Source of the DNA: Eledone cirrhosa
Taxonomy: Eukaryota
DNA: 64,000 nucleotides
Assembly (NCBI GenBank): GCA_964016885.1
Contig: OZ024743.1
Location: 18,352,001-18,416,000, forward strand
Reading direction: 5' to 3'
Positions 53,071-64,000 of this stretch are shown here, in pieces (the first letter of the stretch is position 1; the number at the start of each line of letters is the position of its first letter). Both the position numbers and the translations under genes were made by a program. A model generated the notes under the pieces. That model was not told the DNA's origin. It saw only the letters and a program-made list of their open reading frames with translations, and searched no databases.

Positions 53071-53255
53071 GGTGCGGGTGAAATGAATTGAGCTTAGCGG
53101 AAAAGTCTGGATACGGCGTGGTAGGGTCGGAAAGTGCTCTACTACGGGAGTAGGAGCTAGATAACGAAGGAAATGTGGTAAGGAACCAGGTGGACCATAA
53201 CGCACCAAAGTACTCAATACTTGAGGTAGTAGAGTGGGTAATAGGAACCAGTAAG

Positions 53256-53349
53256 ACCCCGACAGCTGAGCTCAAGCCGTTTCGACGGCTAATTCTGGAC
53301 TAAATGAAAATTTATCCTGGTATTTAAATAGCCGATCTTCTCAAGGGGT
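53256..53349 (-). ncRNA. PLE type I hammerhead ribozyme, U3-A8 variant core, intact
   Basis: ACCCC-UUGAGAA-GA(U)CGGCUA..37 nt..UAGCCGUC-GAAA-CGGCU-UGAGCUC-AGCUG-UC-GGGGU. Confidence 0.82.
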
Positions 53350-54209
53350 AATTCCATATATGGTCAAAGTGATTGTCAAAAATCAGTAGTAATTCTGTGG
53401 TTGCAAATTAGTCGGGGAGATGGTGGCTAAACCTGCCAGTAGGAGAAAGAGGGGAGGGGTGGAGTAGACCCAATCAAGCGTTGGTAGTGCCAGCTACAGC
53501 TGGGCATGAGGTCAAATAAGATACAGGGGAGGGGGAGGGGGAGGAAGTCGGAACGGTAGGTAGAACAATGGGGGTAGAAATATATAGGAAAGAAAAAAAA
53601 TACTGAGAGTGAAGAAAAGCAAATAAGTGTAAAGAAAAAAGTAAAGTAAATTAAATTCTACGACCTAGGTCTCAGGCTATTGTTAGGCTAGAATAAAATA
53701 AAGAAAGAAAGAAAGAAGTAAAGAAATAAAGAAATAAAGAAATAACGAAATAAGTAAAAGAACTAGGTGGGACGGGATAGGCAAGGACCCTTTTAAGAGG
53801 TATAAGTACGTAAATGATACGGTGACGGGTCAACAAAAGGGGCCAAAATACTAAAGAGACTACCACGAAATAAACAATAAAGGTTTCCATCCCGGGCCAG
53901 CAACGACCCAGTGCAGCAAAGTGAACTTGTACGAGATAATAATTCTGAGTCCCGAGAAAAATATATACTAATGCTAACTCTAAAAGATCTAAAACAAGCT
54001 ACCGTTCCGACTTCCTCCCCCTCCCCCTCCCCTGTATCTTCTTTGACCTCATGCCCAGCTGTAGCCGGCACTACCAACGCTTGATTGGGTCTACTCCACC
54101 CCCTCCCATCTTTCTCCTACTGGCAGGTTTAGCCACCATCTCCCCTACTAATTTGCAACCTCAGAATTACTACTGATTTTTGACAATCACTTTGACCATA
54201 TATGGAATT

Positions 54210-54303
54210 ACCCCTTGGGAAGATCGGCTATTTAAATACCAGGATAAATTTTCATTTAGTCCAGAATTAGCCGTCGAAACGGCTTGAGCTCAGCTGTCGG
54301 GGT
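54210..54303 (+). ncRNA. PLE type I HHR, inverted copy (core UUGGGAA, probably damaged)
   Basis: Same fold with A6>G. Confidence 0.7.
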
Positions 54304-54394
54304 CTTACTGGTTCCTATTACCCACTCTACTACCTCAAGTATTGAGTACTTTGGTGCGTTATGGTCCACCTGGTTCCTTACCACATTTCCTTCG

Positions 54395-54438
<44 letters not shown>

Positions 54439-54767
54439 GTATGTATGTAAATACACATTTAAGTGGTTTATATCTAATAATATTATTATTATCATTATCA
54501 AAATAATAATAATAATAATAATAATGCTTTCTTTATTAACCACAAGGGTTTACATAAAGTAGACATTAAGGACAGTACAGGACAATACAAGACAGTACAA
54601 ATGGGCATTTCTGCGTGTAAAAAAACAGAAGATGTAATAAAAATAACAATGAAAAATTCCCCAATATGCGGGAGACTTCCGAAGGTCTTGTGGAGAAAGC
54701 CCATTAAAAGGCTACAGTGACCCTGACCACCAGGGCAAGTGCCCTCTCCCAGTTTTCCACCTTTAAT

Positions 54768-57700
54768 TTACAGACACATACTCAGAGTAGGCCCATTCAC
54801 TCGGGCCATACTTGCTCCTCTCACCCATATTTCAACAAAATGCTGGGAAGAGAGCATTTCCCTCTTCACCCTGATTTTCCTTTTCAAATGAAATTTGAAA
54901 AAGTTAATCAGGGCATCGCCGAAGAGGTAAGTGCTCGTCTTCAGCATTTTCAAAGGTGTGCACCATACTATCTCTTTCGCCATAGCCACTAGACAGATAA
55001 AAAACTGCCTGCCCTTCCCGGCTAAAGGAAGAGGGTGAGGCAATCCTCACGATAGACTCAGCTGATAGCTGGATCCGTCCTACACGTGACAGCAGGTGTT
55101 CGACATAAACCCACAAGTCAGCAATGCTCGGACAATGGACGAGTGCGTGCAAGACGGTTTTGTCGCCCTGCGCGCATCTCGGACATGCCCGGCTGACGGC
55201 ACCTCCATGCCTATAGAGTTTATCCCGAACTGGCAAAGCTCCTCGGTAGCACTGCCAGGTCAGAGATTTCTGGAAGTTGTCCATAGGCCCCGGCCCGAAA
55301 GTCCTTCCGAAGAGATTGGCTAGTTGATTTTCGTTGACGCCTAGATTTTCTCCAAGTACGTCGTCGTTCTTCGCCTCCACTAATCCTCTATAGAACGCCA
55401 AGGTGGAGTTTCCACCGATCACATTGTGCGATTGGTCGAGGGCTGTGAGCACCTGAATACATTCCAGTCTCCAAGCGCTCCCTCTCGGTCTTCGCTTGAC
55501 CCAGGACTGCAGCTCCGTCAATGAGACGAGCTGGGGAAAGACGTGTCTAGCAAACGGCGACCACACCTGATTACCATCGAGGAAGAGGTGGAGATGTCGT
55601 AGCCTGAGCGCGTGTCTCCGCAACATCAGCCACGGCATGCCCAGCCCTCCACGTAGCGGGTGTTGACAGCAGATGGACAGCCTGACCATCGGAGCGCGTC
55701 CCTTCCATACAAAGCGAAAGAGCAAACGCTCAAGCGCAGTCAGGCGGGGCTTAGGACAAGGTACGACGGTCAGGCGGTAGCAGATGACACACGCGATATA
55801 CGCGTTAGCCACCTCCGCTCGACAATTCAGGGATAGCTTCCTCTCCGCCCATTTGTCGGTGAGAGAAGCCACCCTGCTCGTCCCTTCGTCCCAGTCTTTG
55901 ACCGTCAGGAGATCCCAACCCAACCAGATCCCTAGCAATTTAACGGGTCCGTCCGTCCAGCGCCTGACGACGCTGTTGGACGGCATGGACGTGCCTCTCC
56001 AGGTGCCGAGCCTCACCCCACTGACTTTTCATGGTTGATCATTGCTCCTGTCAACGATTCGTATTCTCTTAGTGTAGGGCCGATCGCCTCGATGTGTTTG
56101 GCGTTCGACACAACTACGGTGACATCGTCCACCATATGCGGACACGGATCTTCCGCATCCTAGTTCGCGCGGGACCCCCTTCAACGTCTGCAGTTTGTGC
56201 AGTAATGGCTCGAGAATCAATACGTAAAAGAGGGACGAGAGGGGACACCCTTGGCGGTCCAAGCGCATGATGTTGAACGGTTCCGAAAGTTGACCATTCA
56301 GTCTCACCACAGAGCAGATGTCGCTGTGCATGGCAGCGATCCAGCCTCTGAAGACGGGCCCAAAGCCAGCCGCCCTCAGGACTGCCGCTCGGTAACGATG
56401 TCGACCCTATCGAAAGCTTTCGACTGATCTAAATTTATCAAGGACCCACTCGTGCCAGGTTCCCTAGCTACCCTCTCTACGATGTATCGCATGAGGTGGA
56501 GGTTGTCGTGGATGGATCTGTCGAGAATGGCGCACGTCTGCGTCTCTCCCACGAGACCACCAACGACAAGCACCAACCTCTTTGCTAGCACCTTGTCCAA
56601 AATCGTGAACTCTGCGTTTAGCAGAGTTATGGGCCTAAAATTATCTATGTTACCCCCTTGTTCGGATCCTTTCTCAGCAGCGCCACAGATCCTCGTCTCA
56701 CAGAGCTGGGAATTCTCCCGTTCTGTTGCCAGTTGGAATAGACGTCAGCCAAGAGGCCCCCGAACAAGTCTGGCATATATACGTAAAGTTCATAGGTCAG
56801 ACCATCCAAACCAGCCGATTTATCCCTTGTGCAACCAGTCATTGCCTCCCGTACTTCAGCGGCTGTTATCGGCTTTTCGCAACACTCCGCCTGAGTGGCC
56901 GAGAGCCGCGGCAGTCCGTCGAGGTAGACACTAAAGTCCATCCCTCGATCCGGCCCGCCGCTGCACCCGAACAGCTGTGCGAAATGTCGCTGAAAAGCTT
57001 CACACCTTTGCCCGGGATCGAGTAGCATGCGCCCGTCGTGGTCCACCAAAGACCGGATCGTAGCTTTGTTGCCACGACGCGCCTCCGCCACTCGGGCCCA
57101 TTGAACGGCTTTCGTCCCCTCGTGTCTGAGAGCACGCACCCTAGTTCTGACAACGCAGCCTTCGTTCTTTGCATTGAAGAATTGGTCAAGGGCCAATTTC
57201 GCCGCAAGTACGTCGGTCGCGATGCCTTTGCTAAGCGACTCGTCTAATTTTCTCACTAATTCTCCCTGTGCTCTATTTTTCTCTATTGCTAAAGCCTTAC
57301 TAAACCTAATGAACACTATTCTAATTGCTCTTTTCAGAGCAAACCACCACTTGTTGTTGACGATGGCCCCCATCAACGCCCGCTTAACTAGTTCGCTAAT
57401 CCGGTCTCTGTAGGCTTTGCGCGCTGGTAAGGACGCGTTTAGCTTCAGTAGCCAGGTCCTCGTCTATGAAGCCTATCTAAGTCAAGCACACATATCACGA
57501 ATTTGTGGTCCGTGTAGCTGACTATCTTGAATTGAGGACAGCCTATGCTAGGCCTATCTATTTCCCTACAAAATACTCTATCTAGATATGATCTGGATGA
57601 CCCGATACGATTTGTCCAAGTCCACATTGGCACATTGAGGAAATCCAATCGGTACCTGGCAGACAGTTCAAAACGCCTGAGCAGGTTGGTGAGACACTTG

Positions 57701-58184
57701 CACCCTCCTCTCCAATCCGCTAATCCCACACAGTCCCAGCGTGCATCTAAGATCCCGTTCCAGTCGCCCACTAACACTAAAGAGCGGGACGTTCTAAGAA
57801 AGGTCTCCAGATACCGAAATGAATCAGGCCGCCCTGCTCCTGTCGGCGCATAGACGGCCACTAGCCTTAAAGCTTGCCCGTCTCCACTGGTCACGTCCAG
57901 AACCACCAACTTACCTTCTGGGTCCAGGAAGATGGCCCGTATGGCGAGTCCAAACCTCTCCGAAAAAGCACAGCAACTCCAACCCCCGATCCCGGACGGT
58001 TGGCAGATGCGTACACATCGTAGCCGCCGAAGATCGGTGCGAGGGCCCGTGCTTCGGATATGCTGGTCTCGCTGCTGGTCACTACATCTATGTTTAGTGA
58101 CCTGAGGTCGTTGAGCAGGTGGCCCTGCTTCCATGACGACCCCATGCCACGCGCATTTACGCTGCCTATTCTGAGTGAGGTCAT
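54768..58184 (-). pseudogene. ORF2 of copy F (APE-RT-zinc finger), frameshifted
   Basis: SVNARG, LVGDWNG, YTDHK, NLDQSKAFDRVD, RQGCPLS, KLSLNCRAEVAN, CPRC..HALVHC. Confidence 0.92.
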
Positions 58185-58223
58185 GTTGAAATGGAGTGGA
58201 AAGGATGTGAAAGACCACTTACC

Positions 58224-60143
58224 TTACTTCTCGTAGAGGAAGGACGGTTTCTCCATCCTTTTCATTGCTTGTGGCCTCCTCCAGAAGAATGTGCTTATAA
58301 ATCCTCCTGGAGAGTGCTTGTCGGAAGTCTCCGATGTGATTGTTTTTCTTTGTTTTAGTGTCATGTACGTTTTCTGTGTGATGCGAGTGATTTGTATGTG
58401 TGTATGTGGTGTGAACTTTTGGGTTGTTGTGTAGTCGTTTTCTGTGATGTTGTTGTTGTGTTGCATGTAGTGTAATAATTGGTTGTTGTTCAAATGTAAT
58501 GCTGTATAGTGTGTATCGTTTTGGTTGTTTTGTTATGTTTGCGTTTGTTGTGGGTTTGTTTCTGTCTCGCTTTTTGGTGACTTTTGTGGTGTTGGTGATG
58601 GTGGTGTTGGGGTTAATGATGGTGATGGTTTGGTGTTTGGGTGATGGGTTTGGTGATGCTGGTGTGGATGGTGGCATATCTGTCCTAACTTTTTTGTTCG
58701 ATAGTTTATTTGTTTCCCTCTGTATTTTGTTTTTGGAGGGGGAAGGAAGTGAATCTTTTCTTTATTTATTTTTTTTTTATTTTTTCCTGATACCGATTCC
58801 CACTCCTCGTCGTGACAATCTGTCTCCAGTTGTGATAGGCCGGTGAGTGGAAAATCTTCCACAGGCGTTTGTTTTGGTTGTGGCGTGGTGGATGGTGTAG
58901 GCGCTGGTGCTAGTTCTGGGGCGTTGGGTGGTGGTGGTGTTGGTTTTGCTACTGTTGCTGGGTTTGTTGCTGTTACAGTTGCTTCTGTTGTTGCTGCTAC
59001 AGCTGTTGCTGCCATTTCTGCTGCTGGTGGTGTTCATGGTTGAGTCACTGGTGTGGGTAAGAGAGGTGGCCTCAACCTTTTAGCCTGAGGGCAGAAATCC
59101 CTTAGGTGGGTTCCTTCAATACAAACGACACACCTACGTCTTCTGCCCTCGACGATTACGGTGAAGTGGCTGCGGTCAGTGAGGTCTATTACCTCTGGGA
59201 ACTCCTCAATGCCTTTATGGTCCGCTTGGTTCAGGAGATCCATCCCAGATCCGGACCAGTTCTCCTGCTTTTCTTTCGCTATTTCGATTATTTTGGTGTT
59301 GGCCTCGATGCCGGCGAGGACGGCAGCTATTAACCAGGGAATTTCGATGGCTGGCGGAACGTGGGTCACCCTGATCTTCACAAGTCTCTGGCCACAATAG
59401 CTTGGGATGAGTGTGAAGTCGTCACTTCTTAATGGGGCCATGGAGTGTTCTCTAGCCTCCTGTGGTGTTTCAAAGAATACGTCCACGGTTCCATACTTCT
59501 CCCCACGTCTGATGTGTTTTTTTTTTGCCCACACATGTCCCAAAGCTTTTTGGATATGGGACTCGGATGCCCGTTTCACTCGGCGCGATTTTATATTAAT
59601 TGTTCGATAAGACACGGTGCATAGGCGCCGATGTTCCATTTTATTACGTGTGTGTGTTGGGGGGGGGGTTCTGACGCTGTACCCATCTTTCTTTACCATT
59701 TTTTTGGCTTCTTCTAATTCCTCCTGAGTTACCTGAAATGCTTCGCACTGTTTTGCTACTCTGGCAAAACTCAGGGTGGTTTTCTTAATGTCATTGTTGC
59801 TGCTGTTGTTGTTATCGTTATTTTTCTTATTATTAATTTTAGTTTCAGTTGTGGTGGTGGTGGCGTCAGTGGTGTTCGGTGTGGAAGAGTTCATTTTGGT
59901 TGAATTCATTTCGATATCACGAGTTAATTTAGTTTTTTCTTTTGTTTCTGTTGTCGCGGTGGTGGTGGTGGTGGTGGCGGCTTTAACACCTGCAGTCATT
60001 GGTAATGGCGGGAAATGAATGTCTGCCTGAGACGAATTAAAAATATTGCTACTGCTTATATTTTTAGTGTTGCCAAACGTAGTAATGGTGGTGTCGGTGT
60101 GAAATGTTAGTTTGTGAGAAAGGAGTGACTCTGCGTCAGCCAT
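58224..60143 (-). pseudogene. ORF1 of copy F (CCHC knuckle, Thr/Pro/Lys-rich tail), frameshifted after about 369 aa
   Basis: LSFARVAK, YGTVDVFFETPQEA, CVVCIEGTHLRDFC. Confidence 0.85.
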
Positions 60144-60385
60144 GACGTTTCAAAGAAAAATGTGTGTTTGATAATTATTAAATTTTACATTTTTGGCTCA
60201 AGGCCCCAATCTTTTTGGGTGTCCTTTTCAGATAACATTGTATGTGTACTTATGTACAGTTAACAATAAAATTTTCCATGAATGGCAGTTTTGAACAACT
60301 GAAAATAACAAACCTTTGCGGAGCTCACGATGATACGATTTACTACGTAGGTCGCCAATAATAATAATAATAATAATAATAGTAA

Positions 60386-61480
60386 TGATTGGATCATCAA
60401 ACTCGTTTTGAAACACGTAAGCATAAAAAGATCATACTCAATTACAAAAGATGCACAAAGATACAATAATGGACTACACATTTAAGAAGTCCCATTTACT
60501 GCTGAAATGGAAAACACAGAACAAGCAAAGCAGGTAAAAGTAACTGCAAAGAAAGAACTGCTACAGAAACTGGCTAAGAAAAGCCTCTGTATGGAAAATA
60601 CCCAGAACGAGCTAACAATCCTGATGTTCACAAAACTTTAACCCATCAGTGGTTGGCATCCTCTGGACTGAAATCGGAGACTGAAGGACTGATTATATCA
60701 GCACAAGATCAGTGTCTGCCAACAAAATATTACCAAGCCAACATAATAGAAAATGGATGCAACCCATTATGCCGTGTATGTAAATAAAAAAACAGAGACC
60801 ATTGATCATATAATTTCAATGTGCAGTCCTATAGCTCCAACCGAATACCTAAACAGGCATGACAGAGCTGCACAATACATACATTGGATAATGTGTAAGC
60901 ATTTTGACCTGCCCAATCAAAAGGATTGGTGGGAGCATCAACCACCTCCCATACTTGAAACAGATCACATCTCAATCTGGTGGAACTTTAGCATCCAAAT
61001 AGACCGAAAAATAGATGCAAATAGACCTGATATAATACTGAAGGACTTTAAAAAGAGGGTATGCCTGCTAATTGATATGTCCGTTCCAATAGACAAGAAT
61101 GTATCTATAAAAACATTTGAAAAATTGAGCAAGTATAAGGACCTGGAGATAGAAATTGGAAAAATGTGGAAATTGAGAACTAAAACAATACCAGTGGTTG
61201 TAGGCGCTCTAGGAATGATACCTAAGCGGTCTAATGATTACTTATCGCAAATCCCAGGAAATCCGCGTATAGGAGAAATACAAAAGATACTACTAATGGG
61301 AACTGCCCATATACTAAGAAGATTCTGTCAATATAAGTACATCACAAGTCTAAACACCTAAAGATGCATGTGTGTGTATGTATGTTCTTTCTTGAAAATG
61401 GCGGACCTTGTTGTCTCTTCCGGTCACTGGTTGTGACTTGGTGATAACTAGTATGAACATAAAGCAAGATAAATGCAACT
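60386..61480 (+). mobile_element. R4/Dong-type RLE element, family 1, 3' fragment
   Basis: Close match to 37030-38137 in inverted orientation; ETIDHIISMC, RPDIIL..IDMSVP..EKLSKYKDL; TAA tracts on both sides. Confidence 0.92.
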
Positions 61481-61487
61481 ATAATAA

Positions 61488-61534
<47 letters not shown>

Positions 61535-61536
<2 letters not shown>

Positions 61537-61786
61537 TTGGAACTGCCATGAAGTCAAAGTGATCCCGATTGTCATAGGCGCACTGGGGACTATCTCCAAA
61601 GGTTTCCAGGGATGGTTAAAGAAAATCGGCCCCTTCACGCTTTTTGGAACGCTTCAAAAGGCATGCTTGCTTGGAACGGCAAGAACCCTCCGATACGTCC
61701 TGAATATCTGAGGCTGCAGGTAGTGGCTTGATATTCAATCCAACGGACCTTCCAGTTAACCAACATCAATGACTGAGATTCAAGGA
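61535..61786 (+). mobile_element. R4/Dong-type RLE element, family 2, extreme 3' fragment
   Basis: IWNCHEVKVIPIVIGALG..LQKACLLGTA; matches 19244-19500; TAA tracts on both sides. Confidence 0.88.
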
Positions 61787-62212
61787 ATAACAATAACAAT
61801 AATAATAATAATAATAATAATAATCGAATCTTTTGCAAGCAAATAGCCTCAATACGCTGGTGTTTATTTTATAATTGACATCCGTTCCTTCCAGCTATCT
61901 GCATAGTAACCATCGATCAACTCTTTGATTCTCATCGTCAATATATGTCTTCGCTATAATCCATTTATATATTGTAGTATCTACCCTTGGGAAAATTACA
62001 TTTCAATATTCATCACGTGATGTATTATAGAATTGTAGTTAAACAGGACAGGTCTTAAGGAATTTTAGAAAGAGTTTCAAGCGCTTTTCGGTCAATTCAA
62101 AACTAATTTAGAAGAATTACGAAGATAATTTTAATCAATATTAAAATATAAAATATCTATCGATAAGTAAATGTATCAATAAATATCAATTCAGAGATTC
62201 AATAGTCTAAAC

Positions 62213-62523
62213 CAGTACTAATCAAAGTGGTGGTTGCGCGGAGCGGTGCTGGTTCGGGAGGCACCAGCTACCGGTATGCGGCCAGTGTCCAGGTCATGCT
62301 AAGGAATCATTTGAGGAATTTTTTTTATTACTTTTTTATATGATTTGATATTGTATTATTTGTTTACAAAATAAATAGAAGATAAGAAAATGGTCAACTA
62401 TTATTATATTCATTATGTATATCGTTTCCGGTATAAATTAATATTACTACGAAATATTAGCGGTACGTGGCACATTGAAAAAAAAAAGACGGTCCGCCAC
62501 ATGAGATAATTTGAGAAGAAATG
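62213..62523. mobile_element. hAT (Charlie-like) MITE, decayed
   Basis: Degenerate TIRs CAGTACTAATCAAA / TTTGAGAAGAAATG; 8-bp flanks GTCTAAAC (62205-62212) and ATCTAAAC (62524-62531). Confidence 0.55.
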
Positions 62524-62897
62524 ATCTAAACTATTTTAAAAGATATACAAAGATATATTAATTGAGAAACAACCTAGCATTTTCTACATATATAGCAATG
62601 ATATACATATATTCATATTATAGTTGAATATGTGCAACCAATGTTAAACTCTCGTAATATAACACTTGTAATATGGCTAAAAGTAACATTGTGATTTACA
62701 TTTCTCTTTTCAATAAAATATGTTTACTACTAAGCAAGAGATTTTCAATCGCACTTTTGTACGAACAGGCATTTAATGGTGCACACACACAGACACGCAT
62801 CTATCTATCTACTAATCTGTCTGTCTGTCTCTCTCTCCTGAGAGAGGCAGGGACACATGCACAGACACAGACGCACACACACACATATACCCCCCCC

Positions 62898-62966
<69 letters not shown>

Positions 62967-63075
62967 GATAACATGTTATCGCTATAGGTAATCCAGTTAG
63001 AGGTTGTAAGTGCTCTGCTTTCATAGTTATGCAGCGAGTTCGCGATAATTTTTATGCAGACTATACTTAAATAAT

Positions 63076-63264
63076 TGTTTCTACTTTTTTGGCACAAGGC
63101 CAGCAATTTTCCAGTGTATTACTGGTACTTTATTTTATCGACCCCCGTAAGGATGAAAGGCAAAGTTAACCTCGGCGGGATTTGAACTCAGAATGGCAAG
63201 GGCCGTATATCTATGCGTCAAAGCATGGCGTCCGACCCTCTACCGATACTGCCAATTCACCGCC
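63076..63264 (-). mobile_element. Full-length tRNA-derived SINE with 19-bp target-site duplication
   Basis: CAGACTATACTTAAATAAT at 63057-63075 and 63265-63283; A and B boxes present. Confidence 0.92.
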
Positions 63265-64000
63265 CAGACTATACTTAAATAATGAAGACTAACATGGTTG
63301 GCTCTACTATAAGGCCTTTATTTAAAGTACTGACAACTGTTTTGTTGATTATGTGGGTCTAGAGTTCGCTAATCGCTTGATGTTGCGTTATTGGATCTCC
63401 AATACATTATTCACCTATGGTCAATACATCAGAGTATGTAGATATGAAAATAATTCACTCGAGGCAAGACTTACATCGAGAAATAGCGTATAATTAAAAC
63501 AATAACATCAATAATAAAACAATGTATAATCTAAACAATAACATCAATAATAATACATGTATGGTAAATAGGTAGAGCATTTACAGATGTAAAAAGTAAA
63601 AGGGAATATAAGATAGGTACATACAAAAGTAAGAAAATTAGAGAATGGAAAATATAAAGAGATAAATAAATAAATAAATAAGAGCTTGTAAGTACATAGT
63701 ATTAGTTTTGGAGTAAGTGTTCTTATAATGATTCGTTGGTGGAAACTAGATTTCAGATGGGATGCTGCTTAACAGCAAAATAGAAAGATCTATTTTCAGT
63801 AGACATAAAATAGCTACTAGATTCACAAACTTTAAACCACCATTGATTGAACCAGCAATCCCAAAATTAGCACTGAACCATCTAGATTTTAACATATAGA
63901 ATACACACCATCGCACTGCTATTAGCTATCAAACGGCCGACTGGTCACTGGATCATACATCTCTGAACATTTCTTTCACCCTCTCTCCCTGAAACCACAT

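Larger units (their letters stand above)
49697..54398 (-). mobile_element. Penelope-like element, near complete, with direct and inverted pseudo-LTRs, inserted in (TA)n
   Basis: Direct repeats 49697-50459 and 53242-54002; inverted copy 53999-54398 of 53161-53559; central RT + GIY-YIG ORF; (TA)n at both ends. Confidence 0.93.
54526..60356 (-). mobile_element. L1/Tx1-type LINE copy F, full length, close relative of copy E
   Basis: ORF1 60143-58224, ORF2 58184-54768, 5' end shared with E (GCGACCTAC.TAGTAAATCGTATCATCGTGAGCTCCGCAAA); TAA tracts on both sides. Confidence 0.93.

Noticed and set aside
53999-54398. ADAR-type hypermutation of the inverted pLTR
   Set aside because: Only a few differences and of mixed type (A>G, T>C, A>T); no directional signature.

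Overview
Eukaryotic, repeat-dense DNA with no host gene that I can support. A tRNA-derived SINE with a Meta/MESC-like core, resembling octopus OK/OR SINEs, and very long (TA)n tracts suggest an octopod cephalopod (inference). Contents: one decayed CR1-group LINE; seven L1/Tx1-type LINE copies or fragments and four R4/Dong-type RLE fragments, nearly all abutting (TAA)n tracts with family-specific opposite polarity; a near-complete Penelope-like element (PLE; RT + GIY-YIG, two premature stops) and a truncated inverted PLE; a mariner pseudogene; a hAT-like MITE; about nine SINEs. The ORF track misses the most notable layer: about 12 type I hammerhead ribozyme (HHR) motifs from about 7 sequence families, folded by eye. 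These include a tandem 320-nt retrozyme-like dimer and PLE pseudo-LTRs whose cores carry the compensatory U3-A8 variant (UUGAnAA). All four long Tx1 copies also keep a consensus 5' splice donor 38-41 nt upstream of the ORF2 ATG. Element boundaries are approximate and no ribozyme activity or splicing is demonstrated.
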